NCBI GenBank assembly: GCA_049967475.1
Contig: JBMFSQ010000018.1
Span: 1-21,332 of the forward strand
Source of the DNA: Chthonomonadales bacterium
GTDB taxonomy: Bacteria; Armatimonadota; Chthonomonadetes; Chthonomonadales; CAJBBX01
DNA length: 21,332 bases
Reading direction: 5' to 3'
Part shown: in pieces, positions 9,468-18,753 of the stretch
Layout: the number at the start of each line of letters is the position of its first letter
How positions within the stretch are numbered: position 1 is the stretch's first letter
The notes under the pieces: model-generated
Told to the model about the DNA's origin: nothing
Databases searched by the model: none
What the model saw: only the letters and a program-made list of their open reading frames with translations
Made by a program: the position numbers and the translations under genes

Positions 9468-11968
9468 ACTTGGGCCGCATCCCTGCAATCCGTGCCGCAT
9501 TCTACCTCGGGTTTGCTTGGATGCCCGTTTTCGCGGGCGCTCAAACGGTCTACGTGCCTACGCCAGGCAGTCCCTTCGCGCCGCCTGCTGCCACCGTTCA
9601 TTATCCGCGGGACCACGCCTACCACACCCGCAATCTTCTTCTGCGGCTGCACGTTTTTTGGCCGGCCAGAACCTTCGCCGGCGTGGTAGTCCACACCGTC
9701 ACCCCGCTTCGGCACGAGGTCCGCACCCTGGAATTCGACGCAGGGAAGCCTCTGGAAATCCAAGAATGCCGCATCAACACGGCGCGCGTGCCCTTTCGCC
9801 GCGATGGGGACCGCCTGATCCTCACCGCGCCCACACCGCTTAGACGGGGCGTGGAGTACCGGGTGTCTATTACCTACCGCAGGGATCCGAAGGCACCGGC
9901 ATCCCGCACAATGATGGGAGATTCCAGCTTCCATTGGATTACGCCGGATCCCTTCCAGCCGGAACGCAAACCCGGATTCTGGACACAGGGTGAAACGGAA
10001 TCCAACCACGATTGGGTGCCGCTCTACGATTACCCCAACGACAAAGCAACATCAGAAGAGTATGTGGAAGCCCCGGCCGGATGGGTCGTCATCGGCAACG
10101 GCAGCTTGGTGTCGGTTCAGGATAAGCCCCGCTCCCATACCCGGGTTTGGCACTGGAGAATGACGCAGCCCCATTCCACCTATCTCCTCTCCTTGGCGGG
10201 CGGCGAGATGGATTTGAGGCGAGACCGCTGGGGCAATGTGGACCTCTTCTACGGAGTGCCTAAGGGCGAGGGACGGTATATCCCGGCGTCCTTCGGCAAC
10301 ACGCGGGACATGCTGCAGTTCTTTTCGGATCGCTTGGGGGTGCGCTACCCATGGCCCAAGTACGCACAGACCGCCGTCTTCGACTTCGGAGGAGGCATGG
10401 AGAATGTGTCCGCCACAACGCTCACCGAAGGCGCCCTCGTGGAGCCCCGTTCGGGCACATGGCCCATGTCCTGGCTCAATTCCCATGAGCTCGCCCACCA
10501 ATGGTTCGGCGATCTGGTCACCTGCAAAAGCTGGGCGGACATTTGGCTGAACGAGGGCTTTGCCACGTTCATGGAACAGCTCTATATAGAACACCTGCGC
10601 GGCGAAGATGCCTATGACCGGGATCGCGCAGGAGCCCTGGCATCCTACTTGGCCGAAGCCAGAAGCTACCGCCGCCCCATCGTGACCGATTTGTATTCCG
10701 ATCCCAACAGGATGTTCGACCGGCATACCTACCAGAAGGGCGCCCTCGTGCTGCACATGCTGCGCCGGGAGTTGGGCGACGCCGATTTCTTCTACAGCCT
10801 GGGGTATTACCTGCGCCGCCACGCCTACGGCGTTGTGGACACTCACGACCTTATCAGTTCCATCGCCGAAGCTACCGGCCGTAATGAGATCGCCTTCTTC
10901 GATCAATGGGTTTACCGGCCAGGGCACCCCGTCATCGGCTACGATTGGTCCTACAATCCCGCCGGCCGAACCATCAACCTGAACGTACGCCAACTTCAGG
11001 ACACGTCCGACGGCACGCCCATCTTCAATCTGGAAATGCCCGTGGGCGTCCTTGCCGGGGATCGGTGCACGATCCTCACCGTGAACCTAGCCCACGTCAC
11101 CGACCACTTCGAGCTTCCCTATCCCGTACAACCTGATGCCGTTCTGCTGGACCCTGGCCACGACATTCTCATGGACCGCGGCGGGGTAACGCGCACCCCC
11201 GCCGAGCAATGGGCGATTTTGCGGGCGGCCCCCTGCTCCCTCGATCGCGAGGCTGCCGCCAAGGCGCTCCTCGACGGGAACCCGCCTCCGGATCAGGTTC
11301 AACGCGTCATGGGCTTGGTGGCAACAGACCGCAGCCCGGCTCTCATTGCCGCCGTACTCCCCGAAGCAGGTGGTCTCCACCGCGAAGACCTGAGGCCCAT
11401 CTTCCGGCAGCTTCTGGCCCATAGGGATTATGAAGTCCGCGCGGCCGCAGTCCGCGCCCTTGCAGGGCTGCCCCGGCAAGAGGCTGATGAAGCGGCGCTG
11501 CGCGCCCTTACGGGTGACCGGGAAATGTTCCCGGTGGTTCAAGCAGCCGTCTTCGCCCTCTCTCTATGGGACCCCGAAGGCAATACGGACGTCTTCGGGC
11601 GGGTGCTCGATACACCTTCCCGCCACGATGTGCTCGCCTTAGCTGCCGAAGAAGCCCTGGCCCACTGCAAGTCGGCCGCCGCGTGCCGACTTGTAGTAGC
11701 CGCTGCCGACAAAGGCAGATCCCGAGCCGTGCGCCGGAACGCCGCCGAGATCCTAGGGCGCGCATTCATCGGCGTACCCGAAGCCACGAGCGCCCTGCTG
11801 AAGCTGGCATCCGATGCGGATCCCCAGGTTCGCTCTGAAGCCTTCAGCTCACTGGTAGACCGCCGGGACCGCTCGGCCATTCCGGCCCTGCGCGCACTGG
11901 AACAAACAGCGGCAGACCCTGCTGTGCGCGCTGCGGCCAAAGACGCTGCAGACAAACTTCAGGATTAG
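9464..11968 (+). CDS. M1-family zinc aminopeptidase with C-terminal HEAT/PBS-like repeats and probable signal peptide
   Basis: SD AAGGAG, ATG 9464. Motifs GGMEN, HELAH-x18-E (WLNEG), YQKG. C-terminal repeats such as [28 protein letters not shown]. Confidence 0.9.
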   Translation: MNLGRIPAIRAAFYLGFAWMPVFAGAQTVYVPTPGSPFAPPAATVHYPRDHAYHTRNLLLRLHVFWPARTFAGVVVHTVTPLRHEVRTLEFDAGKPLEIQECRINTARVPFRRDGDRLILTAPTPLRRGVEYRVSITYRRDPKAPASRTMMGDSSFHWITPDPFQPERKPGFWTQGETESNHDWVPLYDYPNDKATSEEYVEAPAGWVVIGNGSLVSVQDKPRSHTRVWHWRMTQPHSTYLLSLAGGEMDLRRDRWGNVDLFYGVPKGEGRYIPASFGNTRDMLQFFSDRLGVRYPWPKYAQTAVFDFGGGMENVSATTLTEGALVEPRSGTWPMSWLNSHELAHQWFGDLVTCKSWADIWLNEGFATFMEQLYIEHLRGEDAYDRDRAGALASYLAEARSYRRPIVTDLYSDPNRMFDRHTYQKGALVLHMLRRELGDADFFYSLGYYLRRHAYGVVDTHDLISSIAEATGRNEIAFFDQWVYRPGHPVIGYDWSYNPAGRTINLNVRQLQDTSDGTPIFNLEMPVGVLAGDRCTILTVNLAHVTDHFELPYPVQPDAVLLDPGHDILMDRGGVTRTPAEQWAILRAAPCSLDREAAAKALLDGNPPPDQVQRVMGLVATDRSPALIAAVLPEAGGLHREDLRPIFRQLLAHRDYEVRAAAVRALAGLPRQEADEAALRALTGDREMFPVVQAAVFALSLWDPEGNTDVFGRVLDTPSRHDVLALAAEEALAHCKSAAACRLVVAAADKGRSRAVRRNAAEILGRAFIGVPEATSALLKLASDADPQVRSEAFSSLVDRRDRSAIPALRALEQTAADPAVRAAAKDAADKLQD

Positions 11969-12005
11969 GGTCACCGCCGCTACAGAACGGGGTAGCAAGG
12001 AGAAT

Positions 12006-13688
12006 ATGCCCAAGGATCCATCCATTAAGAAGGTGCTTGTGATCGGCTCGGGGCCCATTGTCATCGGGCAGGCAGCCGAGTTCGACTATGCCGGGACACA
12101 GGCGTGCAAGGCCCTCCGCGAAGAGGGAGTGGAGGTTGTGCTCATCAACTCCAACCCGGCCACCATCATGACGGACACGGACATGGCCGACCATGTCTAC
12201 ATAGAGCCCCTCGACGTACAATTCGCAGAGCGGGTGATCGCCCGCGAACGGCCCGATGGGCTTCTGCCCACTTTGGGCGGCCAAACCGGCCTCAACCTGG
12301 CGACCCAACTCGCCGAAGCCGGAGTGCTGGAGCGGTATGGCGTGCGCCTCCTCGGCACACCCCTGGCCTCCATCCGCATGGCCGAGGACCGCCAGGAATT
12401 CCGTTCGCTCATGCAGCGCATCGGTGAGCCGGTGCCCGAAAGCTGGATCGTTGAGAGCCCGGATGAATTGCACGAGGTGGCCGAACAGGGTCTGTGGCCC
12501 CTCATCATCCGACCCGCGTATACGCTGGGAGGAACGGGAGGGGGCATCGCCCACAATCCCCAGGAACTCGTGGAGATCGGCACCAGGGGACTGAAGCTCT
12601 CCATGCGGCACCAAGTGATGGTAGAACGTTCACTCCTCGGGTGGAAAGAGATCGAGTACGAGGTCATGCGGGACGGAAACGACACGTGCATCACCGTATG
12701 CAACATGGAGAACCTGGATCCCATGGGTGTCCACACGGGAGACTCCATCGTCGTGGCGCCCTCGCAAACGCTCTCGGACAAAGAGTACCAGCTTCTACGA
12801 AGCGCCTCCCTCAATATCATCCGCTCCCTCGGCATCGAAGGCGGATGCAATGTGCAGCTCGCCCTCGATCCCAACAGCTTCCAGTACTATGTCATCGAAG
12901 TGAACCCCCGCGTGTCCCGCTCCTCGGCCCTGGCTTCCAAGGCAACGGGATACCCCATCGCCAGAGTGGCCGCCAAGATCGCCGTGGGACTCCGGCTGGA
13001 TGAAATCGAAAACGCCGTAACGCGCAAAACGCTGGCCTGCTTCGAGCCCGCCCTCGATTACTGCGTCGTCAAGATCCCCCGTTGGCCCTTCGACAAGTTC
13101 ACCCTGGCCGATCGAACCATCGGAACCCAGATGAAGGCGACGGGTGAGGTGATGGCCATTGACCGCGCCTTCGAACCGGCTCTCATGAAGGCCATCCGTA
13201 GCCTGGAAACGGGCGCCTACGGCCTGGCCTCCAAACAGATCCACCAGCTCTCCGATGTGCAGCTGGAGGATCGCCTCGCCCGCCCTAACGACGAACGCCT
13301 CTTCGCCGTCGCAGAAGCCTTCCGGCGCGGGATGATGCTCGAGGAGGTTCAGGCGCTCTCCCACATTGACCGATGGTTCCTGCACAAGATCCAGCGCCTC
13401 GTAGCGATGGAGACACGCCTGCGCGTACACGGCAGGGCTCTGGCTGCCCTGGCGGACACTCTGGATTGCGACGCTCCGGAAGCCCAGCTCCTGCGGGATG
13501 CCAAGGCCTTGGGCTTCTCGGACCGGCAGATCGCGGAATATTCCGGCCTGCCGGAGCGCATCATCCGCGAGCTCCGCAAGGCCTTCGGCATCCTCCCTAC
13601 CTACAAGATGGTGGACACCTGTGCCGCCGAGTTTGAAGCCGCTACCCCCTATTATTACTCCTGCTATGATTGGGAAGACGAGAAATGA
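12006..13688 (+). CDS. carB: Carbamoyl-phosphate synthase large subunit, N-terminal half (carboxyphosphate + oligomerisation domains)
   Basis: [74 protein letters not shown]. Stops at 560 aa. Confidence 0.95.
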   Translation: MPKDPSIKKVLVIGSGPIVIGQAAEFDYAGTQACKALREEGVEVVLINSNPATIMTDTDMADHVYIEPLDVQFAERVIARERPDGLLPTLGGQTGLNLATQLAEAGVLERYGVRLLGTPLASIRMAEDRQEFRSLMQRIGEPVPESWIVESPDELHEVAEQGLWPLIIRPAYTLGGTGGGIAHNPQELVEIGTRGLKLSMRHQVMVERSLLGWKEIEYEVMRDGNDTCITVCNMENLDPMGVHTGDSIVVAPSQTLSDKEYQLLRSASLNIIRSLGIEGGCNVQLALDPNSFQYYVIEVNPRVSRSSALASKATGYPIARVAAKIAVGLRLDEIENAVTRKTLACFEPALDYCVVKIPRWPFDKFTLADRTIGTQMKATGEVMAIDRAFEPALMKAIRSLETGAYGLASKQIHQLSDVQLEDRLARPNDERLFAVAEAFRRGMMLEEVQALSHIDRWFLHKIQRLVAMETRLRVHGRALAALADTLDCDAPEAQLLRDAKALGFSDRQIAEYSGLPERIIRELRKAFGILPTYKMVDTCAAEFEAATPYYYSCYDWEDEK

Positions 13689-13761
13689 CGGAACGGGTAT
13701 GCCGAATAAACAAAGCTTCAGGTATCCTAAATGCCACGCCCTGCACGAGAGGACGCATCCC

Positions 13762-14574
13762 ATGAGCGCCACGACGCATCCCCAGAACCGCTACGTGCTG
13801 GCCACAGGCGAGGGAGCCGCTGCCCGCCTTCGCGTGGTGCATCAAGTACACGGTGCGGACACCCGCCGCCTCCTCATCCGCGCCGGGCTCTCCCGTGGGA
13901 TGCATGCCGTAGACATGGGCTGCGGCGTGGGAGTGATCACCCGATGGATGGCAAGACGCGTGGGGCCCTCCGGCTCGGCCACGGGAGTGGATATCAGTTC
14001 CGAGCAGATTGCCGCTGCCCAGGCTGCCACGCCGGCCGGCCGGGTGCAATTCTTTACGGCGCCGGCCGAAGATACCGGCCTGCCCGGCGACACGTACGAT
14101 TTCGTGTACTGCCGCTTCCTTCTCATGCACTCGGCGAGCCCCGAAGGATGCTTGCGTGAGATGAAGCGCATCGCCCGCCCCGGCGGCCTCATCGTGTGCG
14201 AGGAGGGCGATTTCACCGCGCCGTTCTGCGATCCCCCTTCCGAAGCATTCGATCGAAGCTTTGCCCTCTACCGCGCTCTCGGCGCCCACCGCGGCCTGGA
14301 TTTCTGCATCGGCAGGCGCCTCTACCGCCTCTTCCTGCAACTGGAACTGGCCGATCTGCACGTGTCGCTGGTCCAGCCCGCCTATGCCGAAGGACCCGGC
14401 AAAGATCTCCCGAGGTGGACGCTCGAGGAATTTGCCGACGGGGCCATCGCAGCAGGGCTCACAACCCGCGCGGAGGTCGCCGCCCTCCTGGCCGAAATGG
14501 CCCGCCTTACGCAGGATCCCGGCGTACTGTTCGGCATGGCACGAATGACGCAAGTATGGGCGCGGAAGGTGTAA
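13762..14574 (+). CDS. Class I SAM-dependent methyltransferase
   Basis: SD GAGAGG, ATG 13762. VDMGCGVG motif I, GVDISSEQ, YDFVYCRFLLMH, RPGG.IV.EE. Confidence 0.88.
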   Translation: MSATTHPQNRYVLATGEGAAARLRVVHQVHGADTRRLLIRAGLSRGMHAVDMGCGVGVITRWMARRVGPSGSATGVDISSEQIAAAQAATPAGRVQFFTAPAEDTGLPGDTYDFVYCRFLLMHSASPEGCLREMKRIARPGGLIVCEEGDFTAPFCDPPSEAFDRSFALYRALGAHRGLDFCIGRRLYRLFLQLELADLHVSLVQPAYAEGPGKDLPRWTLEEFADGAIAAGLTTRAEVAALLAEMARLTQDPGVLFGMARMTQVWARKV

Positions 14575-14649
14575 CCGCCCTCTTCTTCCCATGCGGCTTC
14601 TGCCGCGGAGCCGGCCTAGACGCATCGCGACAGGAGCACCGAAAGGAGC

Positions 14650-15342
14650 ATGAACATGAACCGCGCACTGAACGCCCTGGATGCATCCGTCGCCCGGAAG
14701 CAGCTCTTGACCCACCCGTTCTACCAGGCTTGGGTCCGAGGGGAGCTTACCCGCGCCGCACTCCAGGATTATGCCACCCAGTACTACCCGCATGTAGCTG
14801 CATTCCCGACGTACCTCTCTGCCTTGCACAGCAGCATGGACGATGCAGCCGCCCGGCGCGTCATCCTGCAAAACCTGGTGGACGAAGAGGGGACCGATCC
14901 CACGCATCCCGAATTATGGCTTCGCTTCGCCGAAGCGGTGGGTGCTGAGCGCTCTCAGGTGCTGCATGCTCAGGCATGGCCCGAAACCATCAACCTGGTC
15001 GTCAACAGCTTCCGCGCCGCATGCGCCACCGGTAATCCCGTGGACGGCCTCGCAGCGCTCTACGCCTACGAAAGCCAGATCCCTGCCGTTGCCCGCACCA
15101 AAATCGAGGGGCTTCAGCGCTTCTATGCGGTGGATACGCGCGACGGCCTCGCATACTTCCGCGTCCACATCAAGGCAGACGAGCAGCACGCATCCGCCGA
15201 GCGCGCACTCCTGGCGCACCTCATGGCGGGGCAGGGCATCGAGCATTGCCCCGCGTCGGTCAACACGGTGCTCGATGCCCTGTGGAGCCTGCTCAGCGCC
15301 GTTTGCACGCGCCACGGGCTCGCCGCATTACAAGAAGCATAG
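14650..15342 (+). CDS. CADD/PqqC-like heme-oxygenase-like dimetal oxidase (putative self-sacrificing pABA synthase)
   Basis: [33 protein letters not shown]...[37 protein letters not shown]. Confidence 0.85.
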   Translation: MNMNRALNALDASVARKQLLTHPFYQAWVRGELTRAALQDYATQYYPHVAAFPTYLSALHSSMDDAAARRVILQNLVDEEGTDPTHPELWLRFAEAVGAERSQVLHAQAWPETINLVVNSFRAACATGNPVDGLAALYAYESQIPAVARTKIEGLQRFYAVDTRDGLAYFRVHIKADEQHASAERALLAHLMAGQGIEHCPASVNTVLDALWSLLSAVCTRHGLAALQEA

Positions 15343-15365
15343 CATCCGGAGGGAGGCGTTGCACC

Positions 15366-16970
15366 ATGCACCATGGGGGAGATCATTCGGGCAAGCCCAA
15401 GGTGATCGTACTGGGATCCGGCCCCATCCGCATCGGCCAGGGCATCGAGTTCGATTACTGCTCAGTTCACTGCGTGTGGGCCCTGCGCGAAGCCGGGTTC
15501 GAGGCCATCATCATCAACAACAACCCGGAGACCGTGTCCACAGACTTCGACACGTCCGACCGCCTCTACTTCGAACCCCTCACCGCAGAAGACGTGCTCC
15601 ACATCATTGACCGCGAGGAGCCGGAAGGCGTTATCGTTCAATTCGGCGGCCAAACGGCCATCAACCTGGCCCGCCCGCTCCACGAGGCCGGAGTCAAAAT
15701 CTTGGGATCCAGCTTCGAGTCCATTGATTTGGCCGAGGACCGGGATCGCTTCGAGAAGGTACTCCGCGAACTCTCCATCCCCAAGCCTCCGGGCAAGGCC
15801 GTAACGAGCGTGGAAGGAGCCCTCGCCGTCGCAGAAGAGATCGGCTACCCCGTCCTCGTTCGCCCGTCGTACGTTTTAGGGGGCCGAGCCATGGAAATCG
15901 TCTACACCTCTGAAGAGCTCCTCACCTACATGAAATACGTGGTGGACGTGTCGCCCAAGGCCCCCATCCTCGTGGACAAATACGTGCTGGGAAAGGAAGT
16001 GGAGGTGGATGTGATCAGCGACGGGGTGGACTGCCTCTTGCCCGGCATCATGGAGCACGTAGAGCGGGCCGGCGTGCACTCCGGAGATTCCATGGCAGTG
16101 TATCCGCCCCAAAACCTCAGCCAGAACGTCGTCCGGCAGATCGTGGACACAGCCACATCCCTGGCGCGCAGGCTGGAAGTGCGCGGCCTCATGAACATCC
16201 AGTACGTGGTGGCGGCCGACGGCGACGACGCCGACGTAGCCCAAGTTCTCGAGGTGAACCCGCGGGCAAGCCGCACGGTGCCCTATCTTTCAAAGATCAC
16301 CGGCATTCCCATGGTGCGCGTAGCTACCCACGTGATGCTGGGCAAGACTCTTCGCGAGATGGGGTATTCAGGCGGCCTCCACCCCAATTCCCCGCTCATC
16401 GCCGTCAAGGCGCCCGTCTTCAGCTTTCCAAAACTGACCGGCGTAGATGTTGGGCTGGGGCCGGAGATGAAATCCACCGGCGAGATCATGGGATTGGATA
16501 CCGACTACGCCCGCGCCCTGCACAAAGCCATGCTCGCCTCGGGCGTAGACGTTCCCCTCAAAGGCAAGGCCATCGTTACCGTAGCCGACCACGACAAAGC
16601 CGATGCAGTGGACGTTGTAAGAGAACTCCAACGCCTGGGATATCAGGTCTACGCCACCCACGGAACGGCACAGTACCTCGCCGAACACAACATTCACGCG
16701 GATCCGGTCAACAAGATCCACGAAGGGAGCCCCCATCTTCTGGACCTGATCCGCAGCGGCGAGATCCACCTGTTGATCAACACCCTCTCCACCGACAAGC
16801 GCGTTGAGCGCGAGGCCATCCAGATACGCCGCGCATCAGTGGAGATGGGCATCCCATGCCTCACTTCGCTGGACACGGCACGGGCCCTCATCCTCTCCAT
16901 GGAAGCCCGGCAGCGCGGAGAGGAATTCGCATGCCGACCGGTGGATGAGTACGTAGCCCTGCCTTCATGA
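15366..16970 (+). CDS. carB: Carbamoyl-phosphate synthase large subunit, C-terminal half (carbamate-phosphorylation + MGS allosteric domains)
   Basis: SD GGGAGG at 15351-15356, ATG 15366. [74 protein letters not shown]. Confidence 0.95.
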   Translation: MHHGGDHSGKPKVIVLGSGPIRIGQGIEFDYCSVHCVWALREAGFEAIIINNNPETVSTDFDTSDRLYFEPLTAEDVLHIIDREEPEGVIVQFGGQTAINLARPLHEAGVKILGSSFESIDLAEDRDRFEKVLRELSIPKPPGKAVTSVEGALAVAEEIGYPVLVRPSYVLGGRAMEIVYTSEELLTYMKYVVDVSPKAPILVDKYVLGKEVEVDVISDGVDCLLPGIMEHVERAGVHSGDSMAVYPPQNLSQNVVRQIVDTATSLARRLEVRGLMNIQYVVAADGDDADVAQVLEVNPRASRTVPYLSKITGIPMVRVATHVMLGKTLREMGYSGGLHPNSPLIAVKAPVFSFPKLTGVDVGLGPEMKSTGEIMGLDTDYARALHKAMLASGVDVPLKGKAIVTVADHDKADAVDVVRELQRLGYQVYATHGTAQYLAEHNIHADPVNKIHEGSPHLLDLIRSGEIHLLINTLSTDKRVEREAIQIRRASVEMGIPCLTSLDTARALILSMEARQRGEEFACRPVDEYVALPS

Positions 16971-16998
16971 GGGCTTGGATGCTCCGGGTAGGCGCCCC

Positions 16999-17415
16999 AT
17001 GCGCTTTGACGACGAAGCCGACTTTCATGGCTATACCCGCGACGAAATGCGCCGATGCCTGGATGCCACATGGGCCGCACGGCGGTGGATCGGCCTGCGC
17101 CGGGTCCGCATAATCCACGGGCAGGGTGCTGTTCTGGGCGGCGCACTGCAAGAGTGGTGCGATGCCAAAGGCATACCCTGGCAAATCGAACCAGGCAATC
17201 CGGGCGCCACCATCCTCTACCCGAACCAGCGCGTGTCGCCCATCATCGCGCCCCGCACTTCGCGCCGCCTGCCGTCCCCCAGGTCCAAAGACACGCCGGA
17301 GAGAGAAAACTCCAAGGCCCCTTCTCAAGAGGACCGGGATCTCTTCCAAGAGGAGCTCAACCGTTTGGCCCAGTTGTCCCGCAGTGAGATGCTGAAACGC
17401 AAGAGCCGCCCGTAG
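16999..17415 (+). CDS. Small Smr-domain protein (putative endonuclease)
   Basis: DFHG, VRIIHGQG, NPGAT motifs typical of the Smr domain. Alternative start TTG at 16975. Confidence 0.75.
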   Translation: MRFDDEADFHGYTRDEMRRCLDATWAARRWIGLRRVRIIHGQGAVLGGALQEWCDAKGIPWQIEPGNPGATILYPNQRVSPIIAPRTSRRLPSPRSKDTPERENSKAPSQEDRDLFQEELNRLAQLSRSEMLKRKSRP

Positions 17416-17522
17416 ACGTTCGTGCCGGAAGGCGTTGAGCGCGCACACGGTGAAATGTTTATTGGAGGCCGGTTCCCGCGCCGTGCTGCCGGGGCCGCAT
17501 CGTATTAAGAGGAGCGGTTGCA

Positions 17523-18425
17523 ATGAAACTGGATCGCAGGGAGTTTCTTATGAGTGGAGCGATGGCAAGCGCAGCGTTTGCAATGAATGGAGCATCGGGC
17601 GAACCCCAGGCGTCCGGAGGAGTAGGTCCTCTTACAAAGCCGCCGGCGAGGCTGAACCTATCCAGCCAGGAGTGGATCATTCCCGGCAAAGACCTCAAAG
17701 AGAAGCTGGCCCGCATGGAAGAGTGGGGCTTCGACGGCTTCGAGGTAGGAGGCGGCGGGCTGGCGAAGCGGGTGAAGGAAATCCGCGAAGCTATGGCCGG
17801 CAGTCGCCTCCGTATAAGCGCCGTGTGTGCAGGATATAGCGGCGCCCTCATCTCCGACGACGAGAACGAGCGCAAGAAGGCAGTGGAGACCATAAAGGAG
17901 ATCCTTACCCCGGCGGGCGAGCTGGGTTCCACCGGGCTCATCGTGGTTCCCGCGTTCAACAACCAAACAAAACTGCCCAATAACGAAGCCCGCAAGATCC
18001 TGCTGGATTTGTTGCCCGAGATCGGCGAATTCGCTGCCGCCGCAGGAACGCGCATCCTGCTGGAGCCTCTCAACCGTGGAGAAGCCTTCTTCCTCCGGCA
18101 GCTTGCCGACGCCGCCGCCATCTGCCGCGATGCCGGATCCATCGGGGTGCGAATGATGGGGGACTTCTACCACATGAATATCGAGGAGACCAGCGACCTG
18201 GGAGCCATCCTCTCGGCAGGGCAGTTCATCCATCATGTGCACCTTGCCAGCCGCAAGCGCAACCTCCCCGGTCAGGATGAGAGGGATTTCACCAGCGGCT
18301 TCCGAGGCCTCAAAATGATTGGGTATCGGGACTTTTGCAGCCTCGAATGTGGAGTACTGGGCGACCGGATGGTGGAGATCCCCAAGTCCGTCAAGTTCCT
18401 GCGGCGGCAGTGGGAGCGGGCCTAG
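17523..18425 (+). CDS. Tat-exported sugar-phosphate isomerase/epimerase (xylose isomerase-like TIM barrel)
   Basis: DRREFL twin-arginine signal, GFDGFE, LLEPLNR.E, GDFYHM, HVHLA, R.LPG, SLEC. SD GAGGAG. Confidence 0.85.
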   Translation: MKLDRREFLMSGAMASAAFAMNGASGEPQASGGVGPLTKPPARLNLSSQEWIIPGKDLKEKLARMEEWGFDGFEVGGGGLAKRVKEIREAMAGSRLRISAVCAGYSGALISDDENERKKAVETIKEILTPAGELGSTGLIVVPAFNNQTKLPNNEARKILLDLLPEIGEFAAAAGTRILLEPLNRGEAFFLRQLADAAAICRDAGSIGVRMMGDFYHMNIEETSDLGAILSAGQFIHHVHLASRKRNLPGQDERDFTSGFRGLKMIGYRDFCSLECGVLGDRMVEIPKSVKFLRRQWERA

Positions 18426-18638
18426 GGCAAGCATTGCCGGGCCGAGGCACGGATGACGGGCTGCGGCGGACGGCCGGCGCCTCTAAACGGCGTAACAGGG
18501 GACTTTGCCAATTTGTCGTTTGTACAAGTTTTGTTATCAATATCCCGGCTCTTATGGTCTGTAGTACTGTAAGAGCGTACTGCAGACCGTATTATTAGTG
18601 TAATTTAATCTTCAGTTAAGCCTGGATTAAGGTTCGTC

Positions 18639-18647
18639 TGATACAAT
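18639..18647 (+). promoter_or_regulatory. Candidate extended -10 promoter for the cytochrome operon
   Basis: TG-A-TACAAT in an AT-rich intergenic region about 105 nt upstream of ATG 18754. No good -35. Confidence 0.4.
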
Positions 18648-18753
18648 CTGCCCATGGTCGCGGGCGCCCATCCGCTTCTGCCTGCCGTTTCCCGTCGCAA
18701 TTCCTACTTATGGGTACCCGGGTACCGCCATTCTTCAAAGGGGAGATTGAGCC

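Noticed and set aside
13752..14626. GACGCATC occurring near the starts of both inserted genes
   Set aside because: Only 8 nt, one copy is inside coding sequence, and the spacing is inconsistent. Compatible with chance.
14630..14652. CACCGAAAGGAGCA resembling part of a glycine riboswitch
   Set aside because: The other conserved elements (GGAGA, CTCTCAGG) are missing. It is explained as the SD of the CADD-like gene.
13642..14907. 421-aa minus-strand ORF across the carB insert (considered as a hidden transposase or homing enzyme)
   Set aside because: No DDE, HUH, LAGLIDADG, HNH or RT motif seen. It lies antisense to two well-supported genes.
13689..15365. Intron, intein or IS explanation for the carB interruption
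   Set aside because: The insert is almost entirely ordinary coding sequence with no room for a ribozyme core. There are no intein ends or terminal repeats, and carB2 has its own SD and ATG.
12006..16970. carB as a pseudogene
   Set aside because: Both halves are full length with intact motifs, and the break falls at the domain linker.
18527..18540. Possible FNR box upstream of the cytochrome
   Set aside because: Only the ATCAA half-site is present; the upstream half reads AGTTT rather than TTGAT.
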